Positions 38,996 to 49,054 of a DNA stretch of 64,000 nt are shown here, in pieces. Below the pieces are notes generated by a model. The model saw only the letters and a program-made list of their open reading frames with translations. It was not told the origin of the DNA and did not search any database. The DNA comes from Thermoguttaceae bacterium. GTDB taxonomy: Bacteria > Planctomycetota > Planctomycetia > Pirellulales > Thermoguttaceae. The translations under genes and the position numbers were made by a program. Each line of letters opens with the position of its first letter. The first letter of the stretch is position 1. The stretch is from contig OY762224.2 of assembly GCA_963665265.2 (NCBI GenBank), forward strand, positions 3,255,456 through 3,319,455, written 5' to 3'.

Positions 38996-39670
38996 TCAAA
39001 ATAGTTCCCGCTGCGGCAGAATACAGTCCGGAGAATCGTGCAACGGCGAATTTACGGCGGAGCCGACCGGAATTGCGACCATCTCGCTCTCCGTGTAAGG
39101 AACGAGCAGCGACTTTAAATCGAAGGTATCTTCAGCCTTCGCATCCAACCAAGTTGTTGCGGAAGAATTTGAAAGAACGACCGGCATCCGATCATGAATC
39201 TCAGCGGTAACTTCGTTCGGCGTCGTTGTGATGATGGTGCATGACTCAATCGTCGTTTGGGACTTAGACCAGCGCTCCCAAAGCCCTGCAAATACAAACG
39301 GTCGTTCGTCGGCCATCCTGATGAAATAAGGTTGCTTTCGCTTGCCGTTCTTTTTCCACTCGTAATACCCGTCGGCAAGAACGACGCACCGGCGAGATTT
39401 CAGGGCGTTTTTGAAGGAGGATTTTTCGTCGATAGTCTCGGCACGGGCGTTGATTAGGCGATTGCCAATGCGAATGTCATCAGCCCAAGACGGCACCAGT
39501 CCCCAACGAAGCATCGCCAGTTCCCTCATTCCGGTATCAACGGAGTTTCTGATCACGGCGACCGATTGGGAGGGGGCGATATTAAACCTCGGCTCCCAAT
39601 CAAGTTCCGTCTCGACGGCGAATATCTGCAGAAAGGCGTTGAGTTCTTGAAGCGTGTACCGTCCGCACAT
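38996..39670 (-). CDS. SOS-response-associated peptidase (SRAP/YedK family)
   Basis: N-terminal MCGRYTL catalytic Cys2, then FNIAPSQ...LRWGLVPSW...INARAETI. Confidence 0.85.
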   Translation of the reverse strand: MCGRYTLQELNAFLQIFAVETELDWEPRFNIAPSQSVAVIRNSVDTGMRELAMLRWGLVPSWADDIRIGNRLINARAETIDEKSSFKNALKSRRCVVLADGYYEWKKNGKRKQPYFIRMADERPFVFAGLWERWSKSQTTIESCTIITTTPNEVTAEIHDRMPVVLSNSSATTWLDAKAEDTFDLKSLLVPYTESEMVAIPVGSAVNSPLHDSPDCILPQRELF

Positions 39671-39938
39671 GGGATTTCCTACTAAATTGGCGAAAAACTG
39701 GACTTAGGGAATGTGCTTGACGAATAGTGAACATTAGTATATTGTCGTCGGCGTGGTGAGAAAATGCCAACCAAATTCAACCAACAGCAAACCATTGTAG
39801 AGCTTCGCACGAAATTGCTGAACTGGGAGCGGAACATCCGGTGATCATCGTCGGCTAACCGCCTCCCCAAGAAACAAAGAACGCTGGCAGGGGTAGGAGA
39901 CTGCCTCAAACAAAATGGCTCATAGGGATTGATATTTT

Positions 39939-41276
39939 TCACGAAGGAAAGCATCTTCCGAACGCAGCCAGCAATTTCGCCGAGCCTCGCAGTCGGAGTT
40001 TTCCACGCAACAATCCCCAAATCAACTTTCGCTCTTTTGATAGGAAACCAAGCCACCATCGGCTATCGGCGGTAATCCGCAGGTCGGCAATTCCTTCATG
40101 CCCTTCAGTTGTGCGGACCGTTCCTTCTCGAATGACTACCGTTCCCCGCAACTCCTCCTCGCCCGTGAATGTGAAGTGATAGATGGCGTTCAATTCCTTC
40201 GATTTCTCTCTCTGAAAAACCAACGGCAAAGAATTGAGAAAAACTTGGATGGATCGAGGACGCAATCCGTTTCCAACTCGTTTAATCCGTTTTTTCGGAA
40301 AACGGCGAGCGACATGGTCTTCAGCGTCGGAACCGGGAACGACGTATATCGTTTCTTGCTTTTCGTTTAGCGGTCGCACAACGTCATTGACATAGCTTTT
40401 TTTGTCGGTCGAGTATTGCTTGACGACGTCCCTGCCCGCCGGGCAAACAGCCAAGCAATAGACGCATTTATAAACGCCTCCGCAGGTCAGGCTCTGCCAG
40501 ACCGATGCAGTCTCTGAATCGGTAAACTTCCGGCGGTAATCGGCTGCGTTCTTACTGTCGGCGATTCCCTCAACCCAATTCGTAAATCCGCCCGCAAAGT
40601 CCCTGTAATTGTGCGTAATACATGCGGAGAAATTGAAATATCCATCGGATGAAATCGCTCCCGTGGGACATGCCGCCACGCATAATTTACAACCGAGACA
40701 AAGATCGTCGATAAGCGGCTGCCCATATTCGTTTACTTCAGCGTCGATAAGCACCGTTCCCAGCAAGATAAAGTTTCCGAATTGAGGATGAATCACGCAT
40801 CGATGCAATCCCATTCGGCCTAATCCGGCGGCAACTGCGACCGTTTTATGTGATACCGCCCATCCCTTTCCGGACGCATTATCCATCTCCGTCGGAAAGG
40901 CTACGGAAGGATTGACGGCACGAACGCCTTGCCGTTCCAACGCCGCAACAATTCGGTGACATGCTTTGTGAACTCTATCGGCGGTTTCATGTGACTCTAA
41001 ACTGGCCGTGGAGCGGGCCGAATTCCGAATCGGCTCACGGTTCATCCGACATACCACGCTGGCAAGGGTTTTTGTCGGCGGAAAGTATTTCAGCAGTTCG
41101 GTTCGCTCCTTATCAAAGGCGGGATTGCTTATGTTCGCAAAACCGACTTCATCGGCTCCGGACTCCAAACACAAAGCTCGTAAGATGTTTGAGTCCAGTT
41201 TTGCGGGCGACGAAGCATGATTGCCTGCTTGACCGTAATCGATTATCGCCTTTTCGGATAAATCATTTGAATTCAT
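39939..41276 (-). CDS. QueG-like 4Fe-4S protein fused to a C-terminal SCP2-like domain
   Basis: CLGCKLCVAACPTGAI and CVYCLAVCPAG cluster motifs in a DUF1730/epoxyqueuosine-reductase-like context. The C-terminus has an SCP2-type pattern (AIYHFTFTGEE...LRGKLRLRGSAKLL). Confidence 0.55.
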   Translation of the reverse strand: MNSNDLSEKAIIDYGQAGNHASSPAKLDSNILRALCLESGADEVGFANISNPAFDKERTELLKYFPPTKTLASVVCRMNREPIRNSARSTASLESHETADRVHKACHRIVAALERQGVRAVNPSVAFPTEMDNASGKGWAVSHKTVAVAAGLGRMGLHRCVIHPQFGNFILLGTVLIDAEVNEYGQPLIDDLCLGCKLCVAACPTGAISSDGYFNFSACITHNYRDFAGGFTNWVEGIADSKNAADYRRKFTDSETASVWQSLTCGGVYKCVYCLAVCPAGRDVVKQYSTDKKSYVNDVVRPLNEKQETIYVVPGSDAEDHVARRFPKKRIKRVGNGLRPRSIQVFLNSLPLVFQREKSKELNAIYHFTFTGEEELRGTVVIREGTVRTTEGHEGIADLRITADSRWWLGFLSKERKLIWGLLRGKLRLRGSAKLLAAFGRCFPS

Positions 41277-41326
41277 GTGACGATCCTTATTGTTGTATAT
41301 GCAACTATAGCGGTAAAAAAATCCAG

Positions 41327-41773
41327 TTAATCGGGAAACCCCAGCTTGCTAGCCATCTTGCGGATTAGGACGATTCCGTCGTCGCCCAGAAGCCGCTTCG
41401 TCTCAGCTTGTGCTTGCTCCCACCCAGGGGCGGCTTTTTCCAACAGCTTCCTCCCTTTTACGGTCAAGCGGAAAGGTTGCTCCCGAGCGTCGTCAGTTGG
41501 GACCACTTCTACCCAACCTTGAACTCGCATCCGATCGACGTTACGGCTTACGGTAGAAGCGTCAAGCCGAAGAAACTCGCACACTTGAGCGGGGAGAATC
41601 TGTCCACGCTTTTCCGCAACGACCAAGATGTTGAATTGACTGGCCTTGATGCCTAACGGGCGGAGAGCGTTATCATAGAGGCTCGTCACGACACGATTGA
41701 TCAGTCGCAAACGTCCTGCAACGCAGTTTTGAGCGATAACGTCGGCAATATTAGTAGATTTTTTGTTTGGCAT
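41327..41773 (-). CDS. MarR-family transcriptional regulator
   Basis: LRPLGIKASQFNILVVAEKRGQILPAQVCEFLRLDASTVSRNVDRMRVQGWVE. Confidence 0.8.
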   Translation of the reverse strand: MPNKKSTNIADVIAQNCVAGRLRLINRVVTSLYDNALRPLGIKASQFNILVVAEKRGQILPAQVCEFLRLDASTVSRNVDRMRVQGWVEVVPTDDAREQPFRLTVKGRKLLEKAAPGWEQAQAETKRLLGDDGIVLIRKMASKLGFPD

Positions 41774-42904
41774 GGGAAATCGCCTGCGAGGTTAAATATA
41801 TTTGTACATACAACCAACACTTCCTGTCAAGCCATTTGGCGACCTGCATGCCGAAAATATATTCCGATTTCGTTGTGTGATTGTCGTTGAATCACCGAAA
41901 AAAATGGTCCAGAGGTTGGGTGGACAAGAAACCAAAAGCCCTCCAGGCAGGGAAGAACCCGGAGGGCGATGCGATATTGACTGTGCGACAACTGACCGAC
42001 ATTGCCTCAGCCAAGCAGGAGAAATACCACCCAAGGCTAACATCGTCATAAATTACAAACTTCTGCCAGATAAAAATGCGACAACCGTTTTGGAAGGAAA
42101 AGGCAATATTGATCATATTTTTCATGCAAATTGGGAAGCGACAAATTTGTAACATCGCTAGAAAATCCGAGGTGGAAGATGTTGAAGCCTTATAAAAACA
42201 ATGTTCGCCTGACGATCTATACTTGAAATACAGAGCAGCACATCGTGCGGAGGGCAAAATGGATGAAATCTACCTGAAAGCATTGGAAGATTACGGTCAA
42301 TGGCTTTGCGAACAGATCGACAATCTCGTCAAGCTGGAAGGTGATTCTCACGAAACGGCGTTGAGATTCGCCGCCAGCGTCGTAAAAGAAGCGGGGGACC
42401 GTGGTCTGAAGCTGGGCTTAACCGGTCTCTATGAAGCGACCCGTGTCAATTCTGACATGCTTGACGCAATTCCGGCTCGGTTTGGTCTTGAATGTTGTCT
42501 TGCCAAAGCACGCAATCCCCAAAAAGAAGTCAACTTTTCCGTCGACGAATATGTTCGGCAAAATCATAGATGGCAGGGACCGACATGCCGTGGATAACCG
42601 ACGCCGCTACGGTCCGGCTGCCCCGACCCGGAACGTAGCGTGTGTTTCGCAGAATTAGCGATAGATGCCCCCCAGCAATTTCGTCCACATTGATATCGGC
42701 ATCGACGGTGACAGCATGTTGTCACCGCCGGGGGAAATTTTGCATTTTTCCCAAAAAAGCCGCCAGTTAACATTTTTGTCGCAGGCGTCGTCGATTTCAT
42801 GTAGATTCCGAAATATTTTGACGGCTCAACGTGAAAAAACGTAGAGTAGATTATGTCGCCGCAGTCGTTCATGCAGTTATCGAAACTGTTGATTCCGGAC
42901 GTCC

Positions 42905-43189
42905 ATGATGCCGCTGACCAAGTTTCGTTCTTTGCAACACCGACTAGATGATCTGAAGCAAAACGTCGCCCGCCTTCCCTCCCAGTATCGCCTGGGAGAC
43001 GTCTCCGTGCTGACGGTTCATGAATACGACGGCGTTCTTGACGCCATCATCAAAGAATATCCGGAAATTAGAGTAGCCTTGCCCGACCACATCCATTTGG
43101 CAGGCGTGACAAGCGGAATTTCGTATAACGAATTTGAAACCTTGATCGACGAAACAATCACCATTCTCGATATCATGTCGCCCAGCTAA
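42905..43189 (+). CDS. small hypothetical protein, paralogue of 44545-44865
   Basis: MMPLTKFRSLQHRLDDLKQNVARLPSQYRLGDVSVLTVHEYDGVLDAIIKEYPEIRVALP aligns with MPSPMFRPLQLRLNSLKRSIVRLPAQNRLGDVSVQSVKEYNDVLDAIIKVFPEIRMALP. Confidence 0.5.
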   Translation: MMPLTKFRSLQHRLDDLKQNVARLPSQYRLGDVSVLTVHEYDGVLDAIIKEYPEIRVALPDHIHLAGVTSGISYNEFETLIDETITILDIMSPS

Positions 43190-43242
43190 TGTTTTCATCA
43201 GCTTCTCCGAGCGATCTTCGGAGTTCTTGTATTTTTTCAACG

Positions 43243-44073
43243 TTATTGCAGTCCGGCGGCTTTGAAGCACTCCATGTACTTCTTATCGACCCCGACGAGG
43301 TGCTCCTCGAACCACGTTTTTATGAAGTCCAACACGTCGAGTCCTAATAGATCGCTTCCCCATTTTGCTCGATTCTGCAAATCAAGAACTTTGCCGACAA
43401 ACTCGTCATGGGCTTGTTTATGCTCCGCATATTCGGAAAAGTGAAAGAGAAGCATGTAATCTTCTTCGGTTTTGAAGTGTCGCTGCGTGTAATCGGCTAA
43501 TTCTGCGAGAATTCGTGTTGTTTCCGGACTTTGCACGTTCTCCGTCATAGAAGCATGTAAAGTATTGATCATTTCAACGAGTTCTTGATGTTGCGAATCA
43601 ATTTCCGCAACGCCGACGGAGAAATCGTCCGTCCACTTCACATAAGCCGACGAGTCTTCGGCTATCGCCGCTCGTTGTTGCTTTATTATCCATTGCGAAT
43701 GCTTTTTGTCCGTGCCGAGAATGTGTCCCCTCAACCAAGCATGAAGAATCGGCAACGATTCGAGTTCGGAAATCGTTTCCCCTCGTTTCATTTTCTCCAG
43801 GACGCCATGCAACTTTTTCTTAAACCCATCATGGGCGAAATGGTGTGCATGAAGACCGGAGCAGCCGAATTGCTTCATGTAGTTCTCTTCCATTTTGCAG
43901 TGCATGTCCCAGAAGTCAATCAATTGGGAGAGCAGTTTTTCGGTAACCTGCTTTTCCTTATGAGTAGCCATTGCGTCGTTCAAGTCGTCAAACAATTTGA
44001 ACAGCTCTCGATGTTGCGAATCGATTTCAGCAACGCCGACGGCGTAATCATTTGACCATTTAATAAGAACCAT
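43243..44073 (-). CDS. tandem (two-domain) hemerythrin-like protein, paralogue of 29231-30073
   Basis: MVLIKWSNDYAVGVAEIDSQHRELF... plus a second WTDDFSVGVAEIDSQHQELV domain. ATG at 44073 follows GAGG. Confidence 0.8.
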   Translation of the reverse strand: MVLIKWSNDYAVGVAEIDSQHRELFKLFDDLNDAMATHKEKQVTEKLLSQLIDFWDMHCKMEENYMKQFGCSGLHAHHFAHDGFKKKLHGVLEKMKRGETISELESLPILHAWLRGHILGTDKKHSQWIIKQQRAAIAEDSSAYVKWTDDFSVGVAEIDSQHQELVEMINTLHASMTENVQSPETTRILAELADYTQRHFKTEEDYMLLFHFSEYAEHKQAHDEFVGKVLDLQNRAKWGSDLLGLDVLDFIKTWFEEHLVGVDKKYMECFKAAGLQ

Positions 44074-44544
44074 TGCACTCACCTCAGCAATCTCTCCACC
44101 GGCGAACAGCCCTTGCTACAAGCTACGTTTTGAACAAGCGGGTTCCGTTTTGCCGCAATATGCCGATTGTCAGGCTTCTGGTAAAACCGACGGTAACATT
44201 TTCGTCAGGAAAAACGAACTCAACTCACTTATGCAAATATAGACTGGCAAAATTGTTGGCGTCGGCGGCGTGCTTCATTAACCGCCCCGGAGACGGGTGC
44301 GACCCCTTGTTGGTCGTATCGACGATGTGCATGAACGGCATTTTCGGAATGACTAGACCTCGTAAGTGACTTTCGGCGGAATATTTTCCCTGGCGAATCA
44401 CGTAGGCGTCTTCGGTGAAAGCGCCAAATCGTTCAGATAAAAAACTCTGTGACTATTAGCTTGGAGAATGAAAAAGAACAACCTAGATTGATTGTGTTCG
44501 CCGTTTGCTTGCCTCATCGAAACCACTGTCGTCGAATGCTCCTC

Positions 44545-44865
44545 ATGCCGTCTCCGATGTTTCGTCCCCTGCAACTGCGACTGAATAGCCTAAAGCGAAG
44601 CATCGTTCGCTTACCGGCTCAAAATCGACTTGGCGACGTCTCCGTTCAATCGGTAAAAGAGTACAACGACGTTCTTGACGCCATTATTAAAGTGTTTCCC
44701 GAGATCAGAATGGCCTTGCCTGAACATGTCAATTTGAAAAGCGACGATGCCCAAGCCTTGACCGTAGGGAAGGACGGGATTTCGTATGAGGATTTCGAAG
44801 CTCTGATCGACGAAGCGATTGTCATCTTAGACATCATAAGCCCCACCGGCGACAAATTCCTCTGA
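44545..44865 (+). CDS. small hypothetical protein, paralogue of 42905-43189
   Basis: See the alignment in the 42905-43189 entry. Nucleotide similarity extends about 35 nt upstream of both starts. Confidence 0.5.
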   Translation: MPSPMFRPLQLRLNSLKRSIVRLPAQNRLGDVSVQSVKEYNDVLDAIIKVFPEIRMALPEHVNLKSDDAQALTVGKDGISYEDFEALIDEAIVILDIISPTGDKFL

Positions 44866-44975
44866 GATATTCGTCCAAGCGTCTCCGAAAATGGGTGATC
44901 TTGTCGAAAAGATAGGAAGACGTCAATGTTTTTCCGCTAGTCGCAAATATGTAGATTAAACTCCGACATTCGTTC

Positions 44976-46688
44976 TTAGACGTAATTTTCATTATCCGCC
45001 GCACTAAGCGGCAAGCGAATTATGAATGTTGTGCCTTTCCCCACTTCACTCTCGAATGTTATGGAACCTCCGTGCCGTTGAACGACGCAGCTATACACGA
45101 GAGCAAGCCCTTGTCCGGTTCCTTTTCCGACTTCCTTCGTCGTGAAAAATGGTTCAAAGATGCGGGAGCGAATGTTTTCTGGTATTCCCGTTCCCGTATC
45201 GCTGACACGTATTTCGACGAAGCGGTTCAGCATGCGAGTGCTAACGCTGATTATTCCCATTTCATCTGATTTTATCTCGCCAATGGCATGGGCGGCGTTG
45301 ACTACCAGATTAAGGATGGCCTGATTGAACTCTCCTCGAAAGCATGGCGTCGGCGGCAAGTTCGGATCGAGATCCAGCTTTAAATTCGCCACGTACTTCC
45401 ATTCATTTCTTGCCATAGTCGTCGTGTTTTCAATCGCTTTATTTAAGTCGGTACTCATTTTCTCCTTGTCGCCAGGGTGTGAAAACGCTTTCATCGCAAG
45501 AACCAATTGCGAAATGCGTTCAACTCCTTCCAAAGCCTGCGAGACGGCGACGGGAACTTCCTCGAAAAGATAATCCAAATCTCTGGATTCCTTAGCCTTC
45601 ACGAACTTATCCAGGAGTTCCGGCGTCACCTTGTTTTCTTTCGCCGCCTGGGCCACGTCAGTAACGAGGGAATACACTTCTTGGAAGGTTTCAAACGACT
45701 CTTGCACGAAACGGGCGTTGTCGCCGACATATTGAATGGGCGTATTGATTTCGTGAGCGATACCTGCGGTTATTTGTCCCAGAGCCTCCATTTTTTGCGA
45801 TTCTCGAAGAAGCGCCTCCGCCGTCTCACGCTCGGCTTGAGCTTTTATGCGGGCGTCATCGGCTTTTTGACGTTCGATGATTTCCGTTTTCATAGCCTCG
45901 TTCGCCAAGGAAAGCTCCGCCGTTCGTCGTTGAATTCGGAGTTCCAGGTCGTCGTGGGATTGAAGCAAGGCGTCTTCCGCCCGAAAACGCTCGGACATTT
46001 CGGAGGTGATCTTTTTTGTAACGAAAACCATAATGGAGATAGCGAATATTACAGCCAGAGCCAATATTGCCCACATTGCCTTGCGGGCAGTTTGGTATCG
46101 CTCTTCCGCTCGTTGAGCCGCCAAGTCCATTTGGTCGCTTTGAAATTGGACAAACGAATTCCAAGCTGCGTGATAGCGAATCAACAAGGGAGCCGTAACT
46201 GTCGCCATGACGTTTCTTGCTTCGGCATGCTTCCCTTCTTCGAATTGCAACTTAAGCGCTCGTTTGTAGCTTTCTACATACAGCACTCGGGTTTTGTCGA
46301 CCTTTTCAATCAGATCCCGCTCCTCCTGCGAATCCGCTTTTCGTTTTATCTCTCGGACCAACTCCGATATCTTTTCCGTGTTCTGAATTCGCTCGGACAG
46401 CAGAGCGTCAATCTCGCTTTTGTCGTTCATCAAGAAGACTTGTAGGGTAATACGGTTGTTGACCGAGGAATATGCAAGAGCCTTCCTTGCCAACTGAACC
46501 TTCGACCACTGACGGCTTACCAAAGCGGACATATCCTCATTTACCTGCTGCGTTCGGCTCAACGCCAAATATCCCACGGCGATTAAGAGAGCGATCAGAA
46601 CAAAAAAAGCTCCGGATAGTTTAACGGCGACGGAATTGCGATTTATTTTTGATTTTTGCATGATTCTGGTTGATGATTTTCGCTTCAC
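44976..46688 (-). CDS. membrane sensor histidine kinase (helical-bundle sensor, HisKA, HATPase_c)
   Basis: Two TM helices, AGIAHEINTPIQYV H-box, and NLVVNAAHAI...DTGTGIP...GTGQGLALV. Confidence 0.8.
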   Translation of the reverse strand: MKRKSSTRIMQKSKINRNSVAVKLSGAFFVLIALLIAVGYLALSRTQQVNEDMSALVSRQWSKVQLARKALAYSSVNNRITLQVFLMNDKSEIDALLSERIQNTEKISELVREIKRKADSQEERDLIEKVDKTRVLYVESYKRALKLQFEEGKHAEARNVMATVTAPLLIRYHAAWNSFVQFQSDQMDLAAQRAEERYQTARKAMWAILALAVIFAISIMVFVTKKITSEMSERFRAEDALLQSHDDLELRIQRRTAELSLANEAMKTEIIERQKADDARIKAQAERETAEALLRESQKMEALGQITAGIAHEINTPIQYVGDNARFVQESFETFQEVYSLVTDVAQAAKENKVTPELLDKFVKAKESRDLDYLFEEVPVAVSQALEGVERISQLVLAMKAFSHPGDKEKMSTDLNKAIENTTTMARNEWKYVANLKLDLDPNLPPTPCFRGEFNQAILNLVVNAAHAIGEIKSDEMGIISVSTRMLNRFVEIRVSDTGTGIPENIRSRIFEPFFTTKEVGKGTGQGLALVYSCVVQRHGGSITFESEVGKGTTFIIRLPLSAADNENYV

Positions 46689-46719
46689 TCACAATAACAA
46701 ATGCTGTCGACTTCAAAGT

Positions 46720-48327
46720 CTAATTGAGTTTAGGGGGAGCTGGAGGCAGATGGTTAGGTCGAACCGGCAACAGGATTGTAAACGTCGTTCCTTTGTCGAC
46801 TTCGCTTTTAAAAGTCAACGAGCCGCCGTGTTTATCCACTACGATGGAGTATGCTATTGCCAGTCCTTGACCGCTCCCCCGTCCGACTTCCTTCGTAGTA
46901 AAGAACGGATCGAAGATTCGTTCCCGATATTCCGACGGGATGCCGCATCCCGTGTCTTCGATCTCAATGCGAACATTTTTGCCTTCATGTCTTGTGCGTA
47001 TGCGGACTCGACCTTTTTCGCCTGTCTTTGCCACGACTTCGGCGACGGCATGGGCGGCGTTCATTAATAAATTCAAGAAAACTTGATTCAAATCCCCTAC
47101 ATGACAGAACACTTGCGGCAGCGGTCCTAAATCCGTTTCAACGTTCGCAATGTTATTAAACAAATTTCCCGCCACGGTAAGCGTCGTCGTTAGAGCGTGA
47201 TTTAGGTCCGCTGGGGTCTTCTCACGCCGGTCAGGATGGGCGAAATCCTTCATTGCCCGAACTATCCTGGAGATGCGAGAGACTCCGTCAAAAGCGTCAT
47301 CGAATGCTGCGGGGATGCTTTGTTCGAGATAACCTAGATCTATGTCCTGTTCCGCTTCAACGATCGCCTTCACAGTTTCTTCATGACCTGGTGCGGCGGT
47401 GAATGTCCCAAGAGCTTGTTTGTACTTAGCCAAAATTATTCTGAAATCATCATAGCCGCTACGGAGGAAGTTCAGGTTGTCACCGACAAATTGCGTCGGC
47501 GTATTAATTTCATGGGAGATGCCTGCGGCGAGTTGCCCGACGGCCTCTAGTTTGTTCGCTTGTCTTAGCTGCATCTCCGCCTGCTGGCGACGTTCCATTT
47601 CCAACTTCAGTTCCTCTTCCGCCTCCTCACGTTGATGTAGCGCCTCCAAAAGCTGATCCGTCTGCCTCTTCAATTGTTCATTGAGTTGTCCAAGCTGAAT
47701 GTTTCGGTCCTTGACCTCTTGCTCCAGCGAAACCCTCGTGGTGACGTTCCGGCATACTTCGACGCCGGCGATGACGTTCTTATCTTTGTCAAAGATAGGA
47801 AAACAGGCGTTTTCCCAAAACGAGGTCGTTCCGTCAGCGCTGGCGGCGGCACGTAACACCAACGTCGCTTCTCCCGTGCGAATCGCTTTCGCCACCCCGC
47901 AACCTTCGCACATCTCGGTTCGCTTCTCGTAGCAAACGTAGCACTTCTCTCCAAGATGACTGCCAAACACCTGCTGCATGGCGTCATTTTGATAAATGAT
48001 GTTGAAATCTCGATCCTGAACGGTAATGCCGTCGGCAAGATTATGTAAAATGTGTTCTCGAAGAAGGAATGCGTTTTCTGCGTGGAGGAGATTTTTCGAG
48101 GCTTCCGTTACGTCGAGCGGAACCAGAAACAAGTCAGACACGCAGATTGCCCGTTTATGTTCGAGCGATACGATTCGATCCCGCAGTTTTTGATTTTCCT
48201 CGTCTAATCCAAGAATGAGTTGACAAGCCTCCTCAAGAGCCTCGCCGCAGGGGGGCTTTGTTGAGGCAGCTTGAGCGACAAGTCGCTTCGTTACTGTCTG
48301 GATGTCAGTGTGAGAAAAATCGTTCAT
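46720..48327 (-). CDS. cytoplasmic PAS sensor histidine kinase with a 4-Cys motif in the PAS domain
   Basis: PAS segment containing CYVCYEKRTEMCEGC, AGISHEINTPTQFV H-box, and NLLMNAAHAV...DTGCGIP...GSGQGLAIA. Confidence 0.8.
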   Translation of the reverse strand: MNDFSHTDIQTVTKRLVAQAASTKPPCGEALEEACQLILGLDEENQKLRDRIVSLEHKRAICVSDLFLVPLDVTEASKNLLHAENAFLLREHILHNLADGITVQDRDFNIIYQNDAMQQVFGSHLGEKCYVCYEKRTEMCEGCGVAKAIRTGEATLVLRAAASADGTTSFWENACFPIFDKDKNVIAGVEVCRNVTTRVSLEQEVKDRNIQLGQLNEQLKRQTDQLLEALHQREEAEEELKLEMERRQQAEMQLRQANKLEAVGQLAAGISHEINTPTQFVGDNLNFLRSGYDDFRIILAKYKQALGTFTAAPGHEETVKAIVEAEQDIDLGYLEQSIPAAFDDAFDGVSRISRIVRAMKDFAHPDRREKTPADLNHALTTTLTVAGNLFNNIANVETDLGPLPQVFCHVGDLNQVFLNLLMNAAHAVAEVVAKTGEKGRVRIRTRHEGKNVRIEIEDTGCGIPSEYRERIFDPFFTTKEVGRGSGQGLAIAYSIVVDKHGGSLTFKSEVDKGTTFTILLPVRPNHLPPAPPKLN

Positions 48328-48514
48328 TTACAGACCCGCCATTTGAACGGACATTACAATATTCCGCTTCAAAACCATACGTTAGAATAATCAGCGGAAA
48401 TGGCGTGTTTTTGGTGCGAACAAACATGCGGAGACGTTTTGATTGAGTCGTTAGCGTTGCATTTCGTTCATCACAAAGATCATGTGATTGGAGCCAACAA
48501 AACTTCGCCAAGAA

Positions 48515-48618
48515 ATAATAAAGCCTGTTAGGAGGGGCAGGATTCCTAACAGGCGACTCGCAATTGGGCGGGGCGACGGAGCGGGGCAGGTGTCCGTCGC
48601 TAGAGTATTTCCACCCAA
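48515..48618 (-). ncRNA. structured small-RNA-like element, copy B
   Basis: On the minus strand GGATTGACAAAAA gives a -35 box (48648-48653). The outer stem is AUUGGGUGG/CCGCCCAAU. The inner hairpin GCGACGGA/UCCGUCGC has loop CACCUGCCCCGC. The terminator GCCUGUUAGG/CCUAACAGGC has loop AAUCCUGCCCCU and is followed by UUUAUUAUUU. Confidence 0.5.
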
Positions 48619-49054
48619 TGCGATTCATTCTTTTCTAACGAGTTTTTTGTCAATCCACGCTAGAAAAATCACATGTTTTTTGTCGTTTCTTGTGTTTAAT
48701 GGCGGGGATAGTCTGGTCAGGCAGGCTTTTTATATCAAATAGATTATGCGATACGTGTCCATCCACGTTTTGAGAAAATTCTAGTGGAGAACATGCCAAA
48801 GGAGCCGCAACTTTCCCGCCAACGACTTTTCGATTATCCCTGGATGCCGATCAAATGGCTCAACGCCGTCGTCAACTCTTCATTAACGTCCCTTCTGAAC
48901 CATCTCAGGAGATGTCAAAAGCATACTCGATTAGGGATGTTGCCGATTCGATTCATGCCGATTACCCGACCGTCTTTCCGACTTTCGTAAGGAGCGGTCT
49001 ATACTTGCGTAACCCGTTTGAACGATCCGACTATTAAAACGCCGCAACGAGCGA

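Noticed and set aside
44260-44440. Minus-strand reading AFTEDAYVIRQGKYSAESHLRGLVIPKMPFMHIVD, vaguely HIT-family-like
   Set aside because: It is shorter than 60 codons, lacks the HxHxH histidine triad, and the similarity is too weak to call even a pseudogene.
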